From: Acanthaster planci
Taxonomy: Eukaryota
Direction of reading: 5' to 3'
DNA length: 64,000 nucleotides
NCBI RefSeq assembly: GCF_001949145.1
Contig: NW_019091355.1
Coordinates: forward strand, 4,599,374-4,663,373
Positions 30,905-44,099 of this stretch are shown here, one piece after another. The translations under genes and the position numbers were made by a program. The first letter of the stretch is position 1; every line of letters begins with the position of its first letter. The notes beneath the pieces were generated by a model. It searched no databases. It saw only the letters and a program-made list of their open reading frames with translations, and was not told the origin of the DNA.

Positions 30905-31165
30905 AATACACCGATTGCACCAGCTAAGTCTCGTGACCTATAGTGGGTATCAGATATCAACAAACACGGTGTCCACCCAAAGCAAAGTGTGTCATAAGTA
31001 ACATTTACCAAAGCTGACGGTATAAAGCACCGTACTCGGACTACTGATGTTCTGGGTGCTATCCTGTAACTTTGCTGTATTGTTTGTTAATACTCAAAAC
31101 ACACGTTGCTATGCGGTTGATACCCACTACAGGTCACGCGATTGAGCGGGCGCAATCGGTCTATT
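30905..31165. mobile_element. MITE with ~47-bp terminal inverted repeats
   Basis: aatacaccgattgcaccagctaagtctcgtgacctatagtgggtatca versus reverse complement of the right end, aatagaccgattgcgcccgctcaatcgcgtgacctgtagtgggtatca. Confidence 0.7.
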
Positions 31166-34100
31166 CCTCCTGAAATGTAATCAAGTTATTATGTAGTCAG
31201 TTCCCTCGTAAACATGTGTTTCGTGTCGTAAAATTGGAGGATAACGAAAACTGGAATTAGCAATAACTTTGAGTTATTCTTTTATATGCTTTGGTGTAGA
31301 TCTACCTTAATCAAAAAAACAAAATGTTGTCAACCTTTTCTCATACAGGAGGGACCAGACAGATACCGTGGAGATGCAAATTTTGTACACCAAATCTAAA
31401 AACTTCCTGTCGCTGTATAGAAACACGACAATATTGGTCACAGGGGAATGAAATGCCCTTTCCAAGTTTGGTATAAAACAAAAATCGAAGCAAGGCTTCA
31501 CTTTGTAAAGTCATAGAATAATGCACACAGCTGCACAAGAATAATCCAATCACCCACGGCGGTACATTATCTCTTACCTTTCAGCCGGCCAATCAAGGGT
31601 CTCGATGAATGCAAACCGGGTCCACGCTCCCGCCATCATTCTCACAAGGCAAATGACCGCAGAAACCAATAACTGTCACTGGTCATTTGGCACCACCAGC
31701 CTGCACGCGCGGTCGTCATTTCATGCCTCTTTATCGGGAGTCGCAGCTACACCAGTTGTCTTCTTCCTCCGTTCATTTCCGATGCTTCCGGAATAAGCAG
31801 GTGGAAAACTTTTGGCGACAAAAAAACGAGGATTTTCTACTCAAAAGTTTCTGGGATGTCAGTTTTGGCTGCCGTAAGTCTCTGATCGGTTCAGATGAGA
31901 GGGGTCACAGAAACGATACCGTGTGCACTGGCAGGCTCGAAAACTGCCGTTTCGTTGTTCTTGATTCAGTTCACCAAGATTTCCTTCTTACAGGGCCTGT
32001 TGGGTCATCTTTAATATCGTTAAAATGATTGAAATTTACAAACCTTACAATCACGGAGTCTAAATCGGCCTAAGTTGCCCAACGGTGCGGACCTGTGGTG
32101 TTAAATGTAGTTGATCAATTGAAAATTACGTCTATTTCCTTTCTTGATTTTTACAAACAGAACATTTTGTTCACTAAAACTATTAACGGCAAAGAATAAC
32201 AGCTCAAAGAGTTTCAACACACACTTAAAAATCACCGCCAAATGGGTGGGAGCTATCAGATGTTTATTTAACCGGTGACATATTGCCATCAGACGACAGT
32301 GGAGAGTGTGTTTAAAATGAAATTGATACGATTCACCCCGGCAGGAGAGAGATTTAGCAACCGCTGGCCAGGGATTTAGAAGATTACCTTCGGTTCATCT
32401 TGAAGTGAGTCTAAATGAGACCAGAGTAGATCGGTTAAAACCGGCCATCGATCGTATAAATTGAATCTGTGGCACTGCTGATTCCGCCAAACGTTTTAGC
32501 TTGACTTTTTTTTTGGGGGGCGGCACTTTTGTTCAAGCGGGAAGTGAAATATCGTATGCTTGCGCTGCCGGCTTCCGTTTGCCAGAGATGGTTGTTGGGT
32601 TAAAATAAAATTGGGCATTCCTTTAATTTGTATCATGTGGGAATTGCTATGGAATGGAAAGGAATTGGGATAATATCTGTGGGATTTTCGGCCACTTTAA
32701 ACCATTAAATTGGATTGCACGGAATAAGCCTTCCTTCGCATTCAATTAAAATTGTTGTGTGGTTCAATACGGATAGCATGGCGAAAGTTGGTTTACACAT
32801 AGATGTAGAAACTTTTTGTCTGGATGCGAATAACGTACTTCACAGTTATTTGGTGGCTATATTTTGAACTGTGCAAAAAATATTATTTGAACTTTGAAGC
32901 TACTATTAGACGTATTGATAATGCACGCAAAAGTTGAAAAGGAAGCAGTTTTCTCACGTTAACTACATTTGAGTCAGTATCAGTACTAATCAGCTGAAAC
33001 TTTAAAGCAAATACACGATAATCGCTTTCTTTTGGCAAGGTAAATTTGTCACACAATGTTAATGTGGACACTATACGTCCATTTCAAAATATAAAGAGGA
33101 CAAAATCTCAAAGCAGCATGGGTGCCTGAAATGAGACAAAATACAAATGAACAGCCAATCATTGAAATGCTCCTTAAACATTCGAGAGACCTTCATATTT
33201 TCATCTTTCCTTATCGTTCTACACTTTGCTGGTAGCACCCAGACAGGTCTGCGGGATTAACCCCACTGAAAGTCCCGTCGAATTCCGTACCTCGTTCATC
33301 AACTATCTACGGTAGATGTAGCCAGACAATAGCACCGACTGCTGGTGCGCGCGCTCCCGGGATCCGGTGGACCGCCGCACGTGGCCGCGGGACATTTTCC
33401 GGAAGTTCAGACTTGGGGATCGGTGTTGCGCCACGACATGGAACGGGACTTGAAGGAACATTTGGCGTCGAGGCACGGCATGCCGTAATAAAAACGACAG
33501 GTACACAGGGACAAGGACTGCCAATTCGGCATGGATCGCACTTACTCCCATAAGAGAACCCTGCGGGCAAGACGTCGGGTATAGAAATCGAGGAAATCTC
33601 ACTCTTACAGTGTCAACATGTACAAAAATGAATAGTGCTTATGAGAAGTGGGAGACTGAGTTGACAGAAGGCGTCCACTCTGCCCACACTTTTAGGTGTA
33701 ATACAAAGACCTGCAGTCAAGAAATGGAAGACTTGTAGACTCTTCAAAATTCTAATCTAATATCATACTGTAGAGTCATTCACCTTGTGTCACAAAAAAC
33801 CTTTTGTGAAGTTGGATAAACCTGCGCAGACAGAGGTTCACTGCTTTATCATGGTAAGTTTCGCTCGTGACCTAGTGGTCGAAGTAGGATCCTCAACCCG
33901 AGGGGTGCCAAACCGTCAGTTAGATGGATGGCTCCGATTTACCGATAACCAAGGCATTTCTTAAGGATCTTCGGGAGAGCAGATGTGCTGGTAATTCCCG
34001 CGCTTTGCGTCTGCCGTAATACCGGGCAGGTGACGTGCCGGGGATTGGCTAGCCGCGGCCGGTCCGAGCGCAGCGCGACTTAAGGGGGAGATTTGCCCGG

Positions 34101-35280
34101 CCAAGGAATATTATTCTCGGATTGCGATGGCAACATAACGAGAGAAAATGTCTGTTATCGGATAATCTCTCTGCGCAATGATGACGGCGAACTTCAAAGT
34201 TCCATGGAAAGCTGCTCCTATAGGTAACAAGCTGACGAGTTAACACCATTTTTTTGAGCGATGCACTTCAAGTTTACTTTCGAACAGATCTCTGGTAAAG
34301 TCCCTTCGTAAAAATTTCTCGTTGGCATTGGTCCACAAATCACGAATCTGAATACCTGTTCTCACCTGCAAATGAAATCTTCTATGTACTAGCTGTTCTC
34401 AACTTTGACTACAGTATACACCATTTTGTTACCCATATTATTAAAATAGACAGATGGAACAACCATGGAACAAATAAAGTTTGTATTAATAAAAGGGATT
34501 TCCATGTATACAGGAGAGCTTTGACCCGAACAGATGTAAACTTCAACATCGGGTTTTACTCTTAAGTTGTCCTTGGCTAAATGAGAGACAAAATACATTG
34601 CTACAATTTGCATAATGTGGCTCAACGAACATCACAGATTTTCTGTCCCTGGTGTTAAAATATGAACGGTCGGTTGGGGATTGGACGTTTAATACAGAAC
34701 AGTGGTGGTGCAAACGTCACTAGGGAATAGGAAGCTAGTAATCCTCGTTTAGGCCTAAGCTGCTCACCTTTCAGCATGCCCAGTACAGAATATTTGACGT
34801 CCTAGTTACACTTGCTCAAGTTATGAAATAAAGACAGAAAGAGCTTCACAAAGGACGGAAATGTGGCCCTTGAAAGTATATGATTCTTTTGTTAGTGAAT
34901 GGCTTTCGGTCAAAGCATCCATCTATCTTGATCATTGTGTACCCCTGCACGGAACAAGGTCTTGGAATTCGTTCAATCTACCCCCCTCCCCAGTCATTTA
35001 GTGAATCGGTAGTCTAGCACCTGGTGTACCTTCTTGGCTGTCAGCAAGTCAGCTGTTTCACAAAGTCGAAGTTAAATTTGTCATGGGCGTTTGTTCTTCT
35101 TCTTCGAATGCATTAGAATTTGAGAATTCCAAATCCCTCATTCCACACTCTGCGGCCTCCCAGAATATCTTGGCTGTACAGGCGTAAACATCAGAGGAGT
35201 CTCTTATGGTGAAAACCGCTAGTCAAGTGGCTGCAGTCCTTTTCCATACCTTTGCGTGTAGTTATGGGCGGTAGCACAAT

Positions 35281-35370
35281 GCGCGTTCGGATAGGGTCGA
35301 CAAATTTCGCGCGTTGTGATTGGTCAACACGTTGCAGACTCTTGGGGGCGCACTATTGTGAATCGCCCGT
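35281..35370 (-). repeat. Dispersed ~90-bp repeat, copy 2 (inverted)
   Basis: Reverse complement acgggcgattcacaatagtgcgcccccaagagtctgcaacgtgttgaccaatcacaacgcgcgaaatttgtcgac. Confidence 0.75.
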
Positions 35371-36259
35371 ATTGTTTTGAACCCAGCCCAGGTGGAACAA
35401 TGGAAGCACTGACTCTGGCCAAAAGTGAAATTCCTTCTTACTAATGTTTGCCGTTTTGCGACAGTTCTTCTTATAGAGGTTTACGCGTTAACGTGTCCTA
35501 AGACGGCAGGCGTTTTGTATCACTGGGATAGGCTCGAGTAAACCTTTTGTGCATTCCTTGCAACTACGTGTACATCAAATAACAAAGAACGTGTAAGCCT
35601 TCGAGACAAAATGGAGACACCCCCAACGCACAAGCTCTACACGCATTCCCAAAGCAGCGTCCGATTTGTCTCGTCATCATCCTGTCCTGTAAGTAATCTT
35701 TCCGAAATCCCCTTTCTTTTTCACTTCATTGCCACTTCCATTTATTCTTGTTGTTTATTCTCCGCCAGGAATACGCCCGTTCCCTGCCTGCAGAAAAACC
35801 CATCTCGTGCGTTTGCTGTGACTGCCTCGCCACTGCATGTTTTGGGCCTGTTGGAATTATTGCCAGCTGCATATATTTAAGACTTGGCCTGCCATTAACC
35901 AGCTGCGGCTCTAACAAAATTGTCTCTCGCGATTCTAACATTCCAGCACCCCAACTTCCAAAATCTCCCACACAGACAAAACCTTAATCCCTAAGTCTCA
36001 AATGACAGTTCGTGATCTCTTGATTTCTCCTGTCATTTTGAAACTTTTCACAAATCTATTATCAGAGATTTTTCTTACTATTGAGTGTTATAAGAACAAA
36101 GGAAAACAATGAAACATTCCTCCTTTTACCAGATGCTAAAAGTTGAATCACCAACTGAATGAATAACGATGTCGCATTAAAAATACAATTCCAACGAAAC
36201 TATAAATTCATCAAGAAATTCTACACGCATACGAACAAGGATTTCGTGACATCTGTCCG

Positions 36260-37961
36260 AAGCATTCCGCTCTCCTGTTTTATTTCAGCCTTTTTGTCAC
36301 ATTATAAAATTGGCACAAAATCTGCACTGAGATTAGAGTGAAACAAATACTGTGAACATTGTGCGAATGTTGTCAGCAGTTAAAAAAAGACTATGAAATC
36401 AGACTTTAACGGCAAACGTACATTATTTCAGTGCAGAGAAATCCCTCTTCAGGTTATATACTGCAAACTCAGCCCGCTGTCAATCTAAGATTACCAGAAT
36501 TGGCAATTTTGTGCAATGTACGTGTACCCTTTTCTTAATAGTTTCCCACACGAACACAGATGACGAATAAGAACTTTCCTATTCACATATCCACTACAAT
36601 ACATAACTGTCGCACGGGCAAAATACAATCAACATCTTGCTGTAAGGGCACAATACAAGTCATTCTTTCATATTACGTAAAGCTAAAATAAAACATAAAT
36701 TTTGCAATTTAGTCCTGAAAAATTTCTAACGCTAATAATAACTGGGTTCCAAGATATCCCGTTTTAATATGATTGTGAATTTCTAAAACATTTACAACTT
36801 TGATAAAATGTACATGACAGACTATTTACAAAAGTAGATCAAAGATCTAATAATATGATAGGACATCTTTTGACGTAAATGCTACCCCAATTTATCGGTA
36901 CATGACATTGTGCATCTAAAGCAGTTTTACATGCAGCGTTGGGAGACATTGAAGCATCTGATTAAACCACAAAAACATTATAATTATAATGTTATAATAC
37001 CTCAACTAGGCTAAAAACAAAATTCCATCAAAAGTACAGCCGCTGAGCACTTAAAAAATAGCCCCAGAGTGCCACACATCAGCAAAGAGTACCTTGATTT
37101 CAGCGTTTGAGGTTTTCACACCATGGTCGACATATGGATCGACGGTTGCCATTTCCCCGCGCAGTTTCAGATATCAAACTACACTTTCCAACATTCACAA
37201 CTCTGAAATGGAGAGATAAACCTCTCGTGAGCTGGCTAATATTCCTTCCTACGATCAATCTGCAGAGCTATCAAATTTTGGCAACTATGCGTAGCTCTTG
37301 GATATCATTAACAGATTGTGAATGATTTCTTATTTTTTATATACTGAAGGCCAGCTGTTGTTTTCTAGCCGCCGGTAAGACTTAGACGAAAAAAGAGAGA
37401 AAGGCCTACATATACCACGCGTAATTGCCTATTTTTTTATTTTACTACGGACTACAAAATCCACATTTCTCCTCGAAGCCACGACAAACACCAATCGTCT
37501 GGTGCATTTGGCATCACTGGTTGCCTCAACGACCCTGACGTGGAAAGCTAAATACCCAAGCTATATACACTATTGCACACAAAAAAGTTTAATGACATGA
37601 GTCTGTGAAGTGTAACTTGATTTTACCTCATGCTAAAGTTATTGAAAAGAAATGACGCAAGTGAGTGAAAAGAAAAAGCAGGAACTATCATCTGGTTTTG
37701 CCAGCGATTTCCTCGTACATTGACGTCTTTTGATAACATTGACGTCGTTTGATACTTCACTGACATTTGGTGACTGTATAGAGACTACATACTTGCAGTA
37801 ATAACGAATGTAACTTTAACATCGCCACTCTCGAGTGCCCATATGACATTCGCTTACTTCACTAGTGGGACATGGTGTACATGTGTGGCGCTTCCAACAA
37901 AAGACAGAAGAAAAACGAGAAGGGGGGGGGGTAATTACACATAATATTATGAGGGTCGTTA
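36260..37961 (-). other. Probable long AU-rich 3' UTR of Pitx
   Basis: AT-rich sequence after the stop. Minus-strand AATAAA candidates near 37436-37441 and 36279-36284, with further ones near 35741-35759. The true 3' end is not determinable. Confidence 0.45.
37717..37754. repeat. 19-bp tandem duplication in the Pitx 3' UTR
   Basis: acattgacgtcttttgata / acattgacgtcgtttgata. Confidence 0.8.
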
Positions 37962-38498
37962 TCAAGGTTGACCGTTGAGCGTTGCGTACTGACAGGCTGA
38001 GAGTGTGTGGTTCTGGACCGGGTAGGTGAATCCCCCAACCCCGCCGGAATGTTGCTTCGCCTTCAAGCACAGTGACGCCAAACTCCCAGACCCCGGCTCG
38101 GCCCGATAGACGTACGGGGAGGAGCCGTGCGGACAACCCGCTGTCCCTGCCGCCGCAGCCGCGGCGGCCCCTGCCTGGTGACCCAACGGGCCCAGGTTCT
38201 GGTGAGGGGTCACCCCGCCCATTGGTGCCGAGGAGAAGCTCGGGCTAACCGCCGACTGAGGAGGGTTGAAACACATGGGCTGCGAGGTGACCGAGCCCAG
38301 CGAGTTGAGCGACCAGGGGAAGCTCTTAGCGGCAGCGGCTGACTTGGCGGCCCAGTTGTTGTAGGAGTAGCCGGAGTATAAACCGTCATCGAAAGGCTGC
38401 ATCAGACCGTTGAACTGAGAGCCAAAGCCGTTCTTGAGCTCATTCAGCTGGTTCCTTTCTCGCTTCCTCCACTTGGCTCGCCGGTTCTTGAACCAAAT
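37962..38498 (-). CDS. Pitx: Pitx last coding exon: IWFKNRRAKWRKRERNQ...GFGSQFNGLMQPFDDGLYSGYSYNNWA...OAR motif (SLASLCLKAKQH)...LSACQYA
   Basis: Acceptor ttttttggcag|ATT. K50 homeodomain end (WFKNRR), Pitx-specific FNGLMQP/YNNW block, OAR motif and LSACQY terminus. TGA at 37964-37962. Spliced CDS 226+218+537 = 981 nt = 326 aa. Confidence 0.96.
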   Translation of the reverse strand: MWFKNRRAKWRKRERNQLNELKNGFGSQFNGLMQPFDDGLYSGYSYNNWAAKSAAAAKSFPWSLNSLGSVTSQPMCFNPPQSAVSPSFSSAPMGGVTPHQNLGPLGHQAGAAAAAAAGTAGCPHGSSPYVYRAEPGSGSLASLCLKAKQHSGGVGGFTYPVQNHTLSACQYATLNGQP

Positions 38499-41400
38499 CT
38501 GCCAAAAAAAAGGTACAAAGCCAGTGCACGTAAGGTTGAAAAAGTCGGGTCCGGATTCAAACAGAAACACTAATTCCCAAGTATTCCACTACATTAATGA
38601 TCAAGGAAGCAAGAAGCTCCATTTTACACTTTTTCAGCACAGCTTCCGAAACTAGCTGTCTGGAAATAATGAGCATCCTGTTTAACTATAAATAAAGTCG
38701 TCAGGGGGTCAATTCTTGCTCAAAATGCTCAGTTCATTTGCAGTGAATTCATACATCTTCATCAGATTGTGTTTTATACTTTTCGGGGGATCACAAGAAA
38801 AACTCCTGCCAGCATGCTTGCTACCCCTTGCCTGACAGACCCAACAGCATCATTCACCATCATCGTCGTGACAAAAGTACAGTACCCAGTCTCCCCACCT
38901 GCAAAACCAATCATCCACGTGCTATCCTCCCAGACAGTCTGCGTCACGCTTTGCACTTTTTAATCGCTCTTGCGAAAACACCTTCTCACAATGAGCGCCT
39001 CTGTGTTGCACATTTAATGTCCAATTTCTGACGTGGAGCGCAGGCCTGCGAGTCTGTGAGAAAATGTCAGCATGTCAACGTGAGGTGTGAAGGTCTAATG
39101 TGTATAGGGACGTCGTTTAGTCCACTGCGTAAGTTTTGAGCGGTGGTGAATTGAATTCAACAAATCCCGGCTCAAATCTCTATAATCACGTGAGATCTTC
39201 GATTAATAGACTGCTCATCCATGTTCACTTGTTAAGTTCTCGCGGGAGGATTTTCTTTAGAACCAGATCCTCACACAGCGCACATTTTCCAGTGAGAAAG
39301 CCAGTGCATTAGGCGGAGCAAGCCGCTAATTCCTTTAAGAAACAGCAAAGAATAAAATTTACATAGTCATAAGGTTGAATGCCCTTTCTGCAGTTGAATG
39401 ACTTCGGTTCAACGGTTGGACTAACTAACATTTTCTTTACACTATATGCAAATTGGCAGGGGATATTACCATACACATGCCCCATGATTCGAACCATCAC
39501 GCCACACCACAGTTTGAGTTATTTACATACATATGTCTGAACGCTCAAACGTTTGCTGTAAAAGTAATGGTTGTCGCGTTTAGTATTCCACAGTTTGGTT
39601 TTAATAATGCTTGTCTGAGGCATACAAATGTAAGCCTCTTGGTTGTGATTTAAGCGTCTTGCACAGGGAGATAAAGGTACACTGTGGTCTCTGTCAGTTC
39701 ATTACAATTTCGGTTTATTTGACTTGCTTTTAAAGTTATACATAATATTTCTGACATCAGCTATCCCGTTTGATTGTGTAAATTTTAGTTTATTCACTGT
39801 TTTAAGTTTCCAGCTCTTTCTTGTAATTTTGCCAAGCTGCGGTTGCACCCACGAATATTATCAGAAACCATTTACATCGGAGGTTTTTAAAATTACTTAT
39901 CGCTCACGATGCCTTGCGCCATTCCTGAATCTTTCTTTTTCTGTTGTTGGCGATTTAACTGACATAAAATGATTTAAAATGATATCTGCCATCAGGAGAA
40001 TTTGTGCATCACCTGCGACGTTTTTCAGGGACATCTTTTAAAGTGACAAATTCAGGAAAGTCTCGGAAGCAGAGCACTGTTTCAGGGTTTCAGTGGGACT
40101 CGCTGCTACAACTATATGACACATTTCGTATAGTTTGTGGTGGAGACAGACAACCGTCCATAAAGTTCAGTTCTTGGCATTCTGTTTTTCTTTTTCTGTC
40201 CAGTTTACAGACGAAGTTGTGACCATTCGCCAGAGGGCAAAATTACGTCTGACAGCCCCACTGCCACCATTGTAACGTCTTTACTGTTTTTGTAATGTCT
40301 CATAATTCCAAAGCCAAACGATGCCAATTATACTGGCCAGACAGTGATTATTGTAACCCAGCGGGTCCTTTGATTCCGAAAATTGACGAAAAAGCTTCTT
40401 AATTTCCCCATGGTCTAGGAGTTAGAAGAGATGACAAAGCGTATCAACTGAAGGAACTCCGTTGCGTCTTAACCTATTTTTCGGTGGTGATATTTTCTCC
40501 GATTTTGTGGGTCACGTCAAGGTTGGGGTGTCATTTTGCAGCGCACCGTCAGGTGATGACAGCTCACGGACACTACCATCGCATGCCATGTGAAACCATT
40601 TTTACGGCGAATTCCTTTCTCCCCCGCGCCACGGATGTTATTATGGCTTTGCCAGCCGTCTGTACTTCTAGTGCCGAGCGACCCGGCCGCCTCACCCTCC
40701 CGACAATTAATCCGCCAATTGGAGAGACGAGTGACACATCTGATTGGAGCAGACGCGCGCGCCGGCGCACTGGCAACGCCAAGCCCTGCGTTTTACCTTT
40801 CTTCATGGGTTGAAGAAGCGGGTTCTCAGGACGAAAGAGCTCCACTAACCATAGGTAATCGCAGTTAATTATTTCGTATTGGCCGAGTTACTCCCAGAAT
40901 AAGCAGAAAAGATCAATCACCCTGAATCTTGTCCACAGATGAAAAATCCATACGGGGCTTACAGTAGAAATTGGCAAGACTGGAATGGAATTAGCAGCTG
41001 ATGGAGGCTTAACTTATATTGCCTCATTCACATTGTGGGCAAATGGAGGCACTGTTTACAGTCAATGCACAACCTGCGTGTTACAACAGCTCTAAGGCTG
41101 AGGATAAGCACAAAAATCCCAGATTACTGTCACAACCAATAGCCTATCCCTCGATGTTTTGCTTCAGAGCAGCCATATTTCAAATTGAGGTCAGTTTTGG
41201 CACACAGACTCTGTCAGCTGAAATCAAATGTAATCGGGAGGCAGTCCCATTTGATCCCAGGATTTCTCTTTGCGTAATAAGACACTGCATAAATTCTGTG
41301 AGGATTAAGCTATTTTCATAGCAGAAGCCCAGTCGCAGAGCATGAACGCTCAGAATAAGTGGAAGAGATATACAGATATCAAGGACATTTGGGAGTTTTG

Positions 41401-41505
41401 CAAGTTTGTCAGGCTTGACGTTTTGCGCACAGACTGGTTTGGCCTGGGACTTCCAGCACTGAGTTACAGCCAGCTACTTAAAGCATGCCCATACACACAC
41501 TAAAA

Positions 41506-41687
41506 GGCCGGTTCACACTTCAAGCGAAAGCGAACACAAAACGCGAACTTATGGGGCCAGATAGCATATTCGTGCTGCGAATTCGCAACAGTTGAACACG
41601 TTTCAACTCGAGCCAAAAAATTCGCTTCCATTTTTTTTTGGCGTCAAATGCGCTTACTCTCACGTTCGTCGGTAGTATGAACCAGCC
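41506..41687. mobile_element. Harbinger-like MITE in the Pitx last intron
   Basis: TIRs ggccggttcacact ... agtatgaaccagcc, with internal gcgaa/ttcgc inverted motifs. Superfamily inferred from the GGCC-type ends only. Confidence 0.6.
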
Positions 41688-42464
41688 CAAATAAAGTATT
41701 TATGATATTGTTACTTTGTAAGTCGTAAGAACCCCGAATGTTCCATTTTAAAAGTCTCAAGTTAGTAAGTGATAAAAAGTCATTTAATGCGTAGAAGATT
41801 GTTTCCACAACTCAAAGGAGATATACTAACGTTCCCGGATAGGATAAACAATGTTCAAATTTCAAGGTACAAAATATATTGCATATGTACGGGTATTTTT
41901 GCCCTACATGATCGCCAACGTTGCTTATGCAATTTTAGTATTTTCTGTGCAAAATTAAAAACAAAAGGCACAACTGTGTTTCTACATTTCATACTGGTAT
42001 GCGCCACTGTTGGAATGCTGAATATCACTTCAGAGACCTTCGTCGGTGAACATAATTCATAAGTGAAAAGTACAGGAGCCTGTCATAACGGTTTTAGAGT
42101 CTGCGGTAGCCTTCGAAATGTTGTTCAAAGTTAACTAGTGCATGGTATTTGCGTGGCTGCGGTCATGGCTAGCGAGCTTTCGCCCTCCACAGCGGCAGAA
42201 AATGGACTTACCAGATCCTGGCGGTGCTTGCCAAGTGTTAAACGCTTAATCTATGGATCAACGCTTTGCTTGATAGAATCATTTGGCTCGGTGGTGAGAC
42301 AATACGAAGTCGCGTTTGAACCGACCAGATGACATAATTCGAGCTGAAATGACGGGAGGAATGTCTTTGTCGCTTTGTGGATTTCTGTGCTGTCTTTCTC
42401 TCTGTTGCTCAACATCAGTTGGTATATTTGTTAGTTTTACACTGTTTCGTCGTGAAGGAACTGC

Positions 42465-43030
42465 TTAACCCTAAACAGACTGGAGGACGTTCACTTTGAC
42501 ACCCCCCTGGAAATTTTGCGACTACTCCCAAACCACTGCAAACACTGACGTGTTCTTTCATGACTTTTCTCTTTGAAGTCTTGTGCAACTTTTGAAACTA
42601 ACTTTGCGAAATCAAGACAAAAGGTTTTCAGGTTACGTGACAGTTGAGGATCAAAGGTCATCCCTAAACTGTGGCTTTTTCATTTGCATGTGTAGGAATA
42701 AATGGAAGTGTTATGCAAACTTACTGAAAAACATGCTTTCTTGCTATCAAGTTGTAGGTTCTCCGAACAGTGATTTTATATGATAATCCGTGTGTTCCGT
42801 TTTAAGCCAAAAGGCCTATAGGGCCCTAGGGTACTTTCGCCTTGAGTAACAAAAAAAGGAAAATATGCATAACATATGGGTACTTTATTTATTTAATATG
42901 AGTTGAATGAAGTTATTTATATAGACATAAATTTATTCTACTCTGTATAAAATTTCATCTCCGAGATCTTGGGGGTCAAGTTGACCCCCTATAGTAAAAA
43001 GATACTCCAGAAAAGCCCAGCGTGTGGGCC
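42465..43030. mobile_element. Possible degenerate piggyBac-like non-autonomous element
   Basis: Starts TTAACCCT...gacacccccc and has a subterminal ggggtcaagttgacccc palindrome near 42972. The right TTAA end is not visible. Confidence 0.3.
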
Positions 43031-43814
43031 TCTAGCGAGCTGGTGTTTCATTTCAAAGCCAGTTCGGGGTGGATCCATCCAAAGCAAGGTCTCAGCTGTT
43101 CAATGACAAATGCCACTGATGCCTTTCATGGAGAAACATCCACGCTCGATATAGTTATTTGCAAGGTTTATTTCAAATTGAGCGAAGTATTTTGTCATTA
43201 TTTTCATTATTGTACTTCACACCTCAAATCGTCGGGGTTTTTTCTTTTGTCCCGTCATTTTGGAATGCAGAGTACGTTTTGAAAGGTTCTTTGCCTTCTG
43301 CATTGGGAAATTGACTTCATGACCGACAGGCCCAATTTTCACAGAAGCGGCGTCAAAATGTGCGTAAGGTGAAACACACATAATGGCGTCAAAAACCCGC
43401 TGTGTGGCTGTGATTTCAGAGATTAAAGCAGTGGCGGAGGAGGCAGGGACCAAGCAGGATATGCCCCCCCCCCGGTTTTGACTAAGGGAATTCCTGACTC
43501 CATTCTTGATAGATCCTTTAATGGGGCGGGGCTTCATGGATCGGCCTACTGATGGCTAATGTCTGATAGTCTAACAGATGACCCCTACCTTGAAAATCGT
43601 TCCGCCACCGTTGGTGTAAAGGGAGCCCCAACCCTTGAATGGTTTTCAAGAGCGAAAATGTCGTTTGTTTCGTCCATGTTTATGAAAGGTATACAATGCT
43701 GTTAAGAACATGATCAAGGTTAACCTCCAAACAACCCCCATTTTGTCGAGGACGCGGTGTCCTCTATTGCTCCCTCTCAACTTCACAATTGTCCCTTTCT
43801 TTCCTTCTCTTTTA

Positions 43815-44099
<285 letters not shown>

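Noticed and set aside
38499..38570. N-terminal MFLFESGPDFF... of the 202-aa ORF
   Set aside because: Intron sequence read through the splice acceptor; the real exon starts at 38498.
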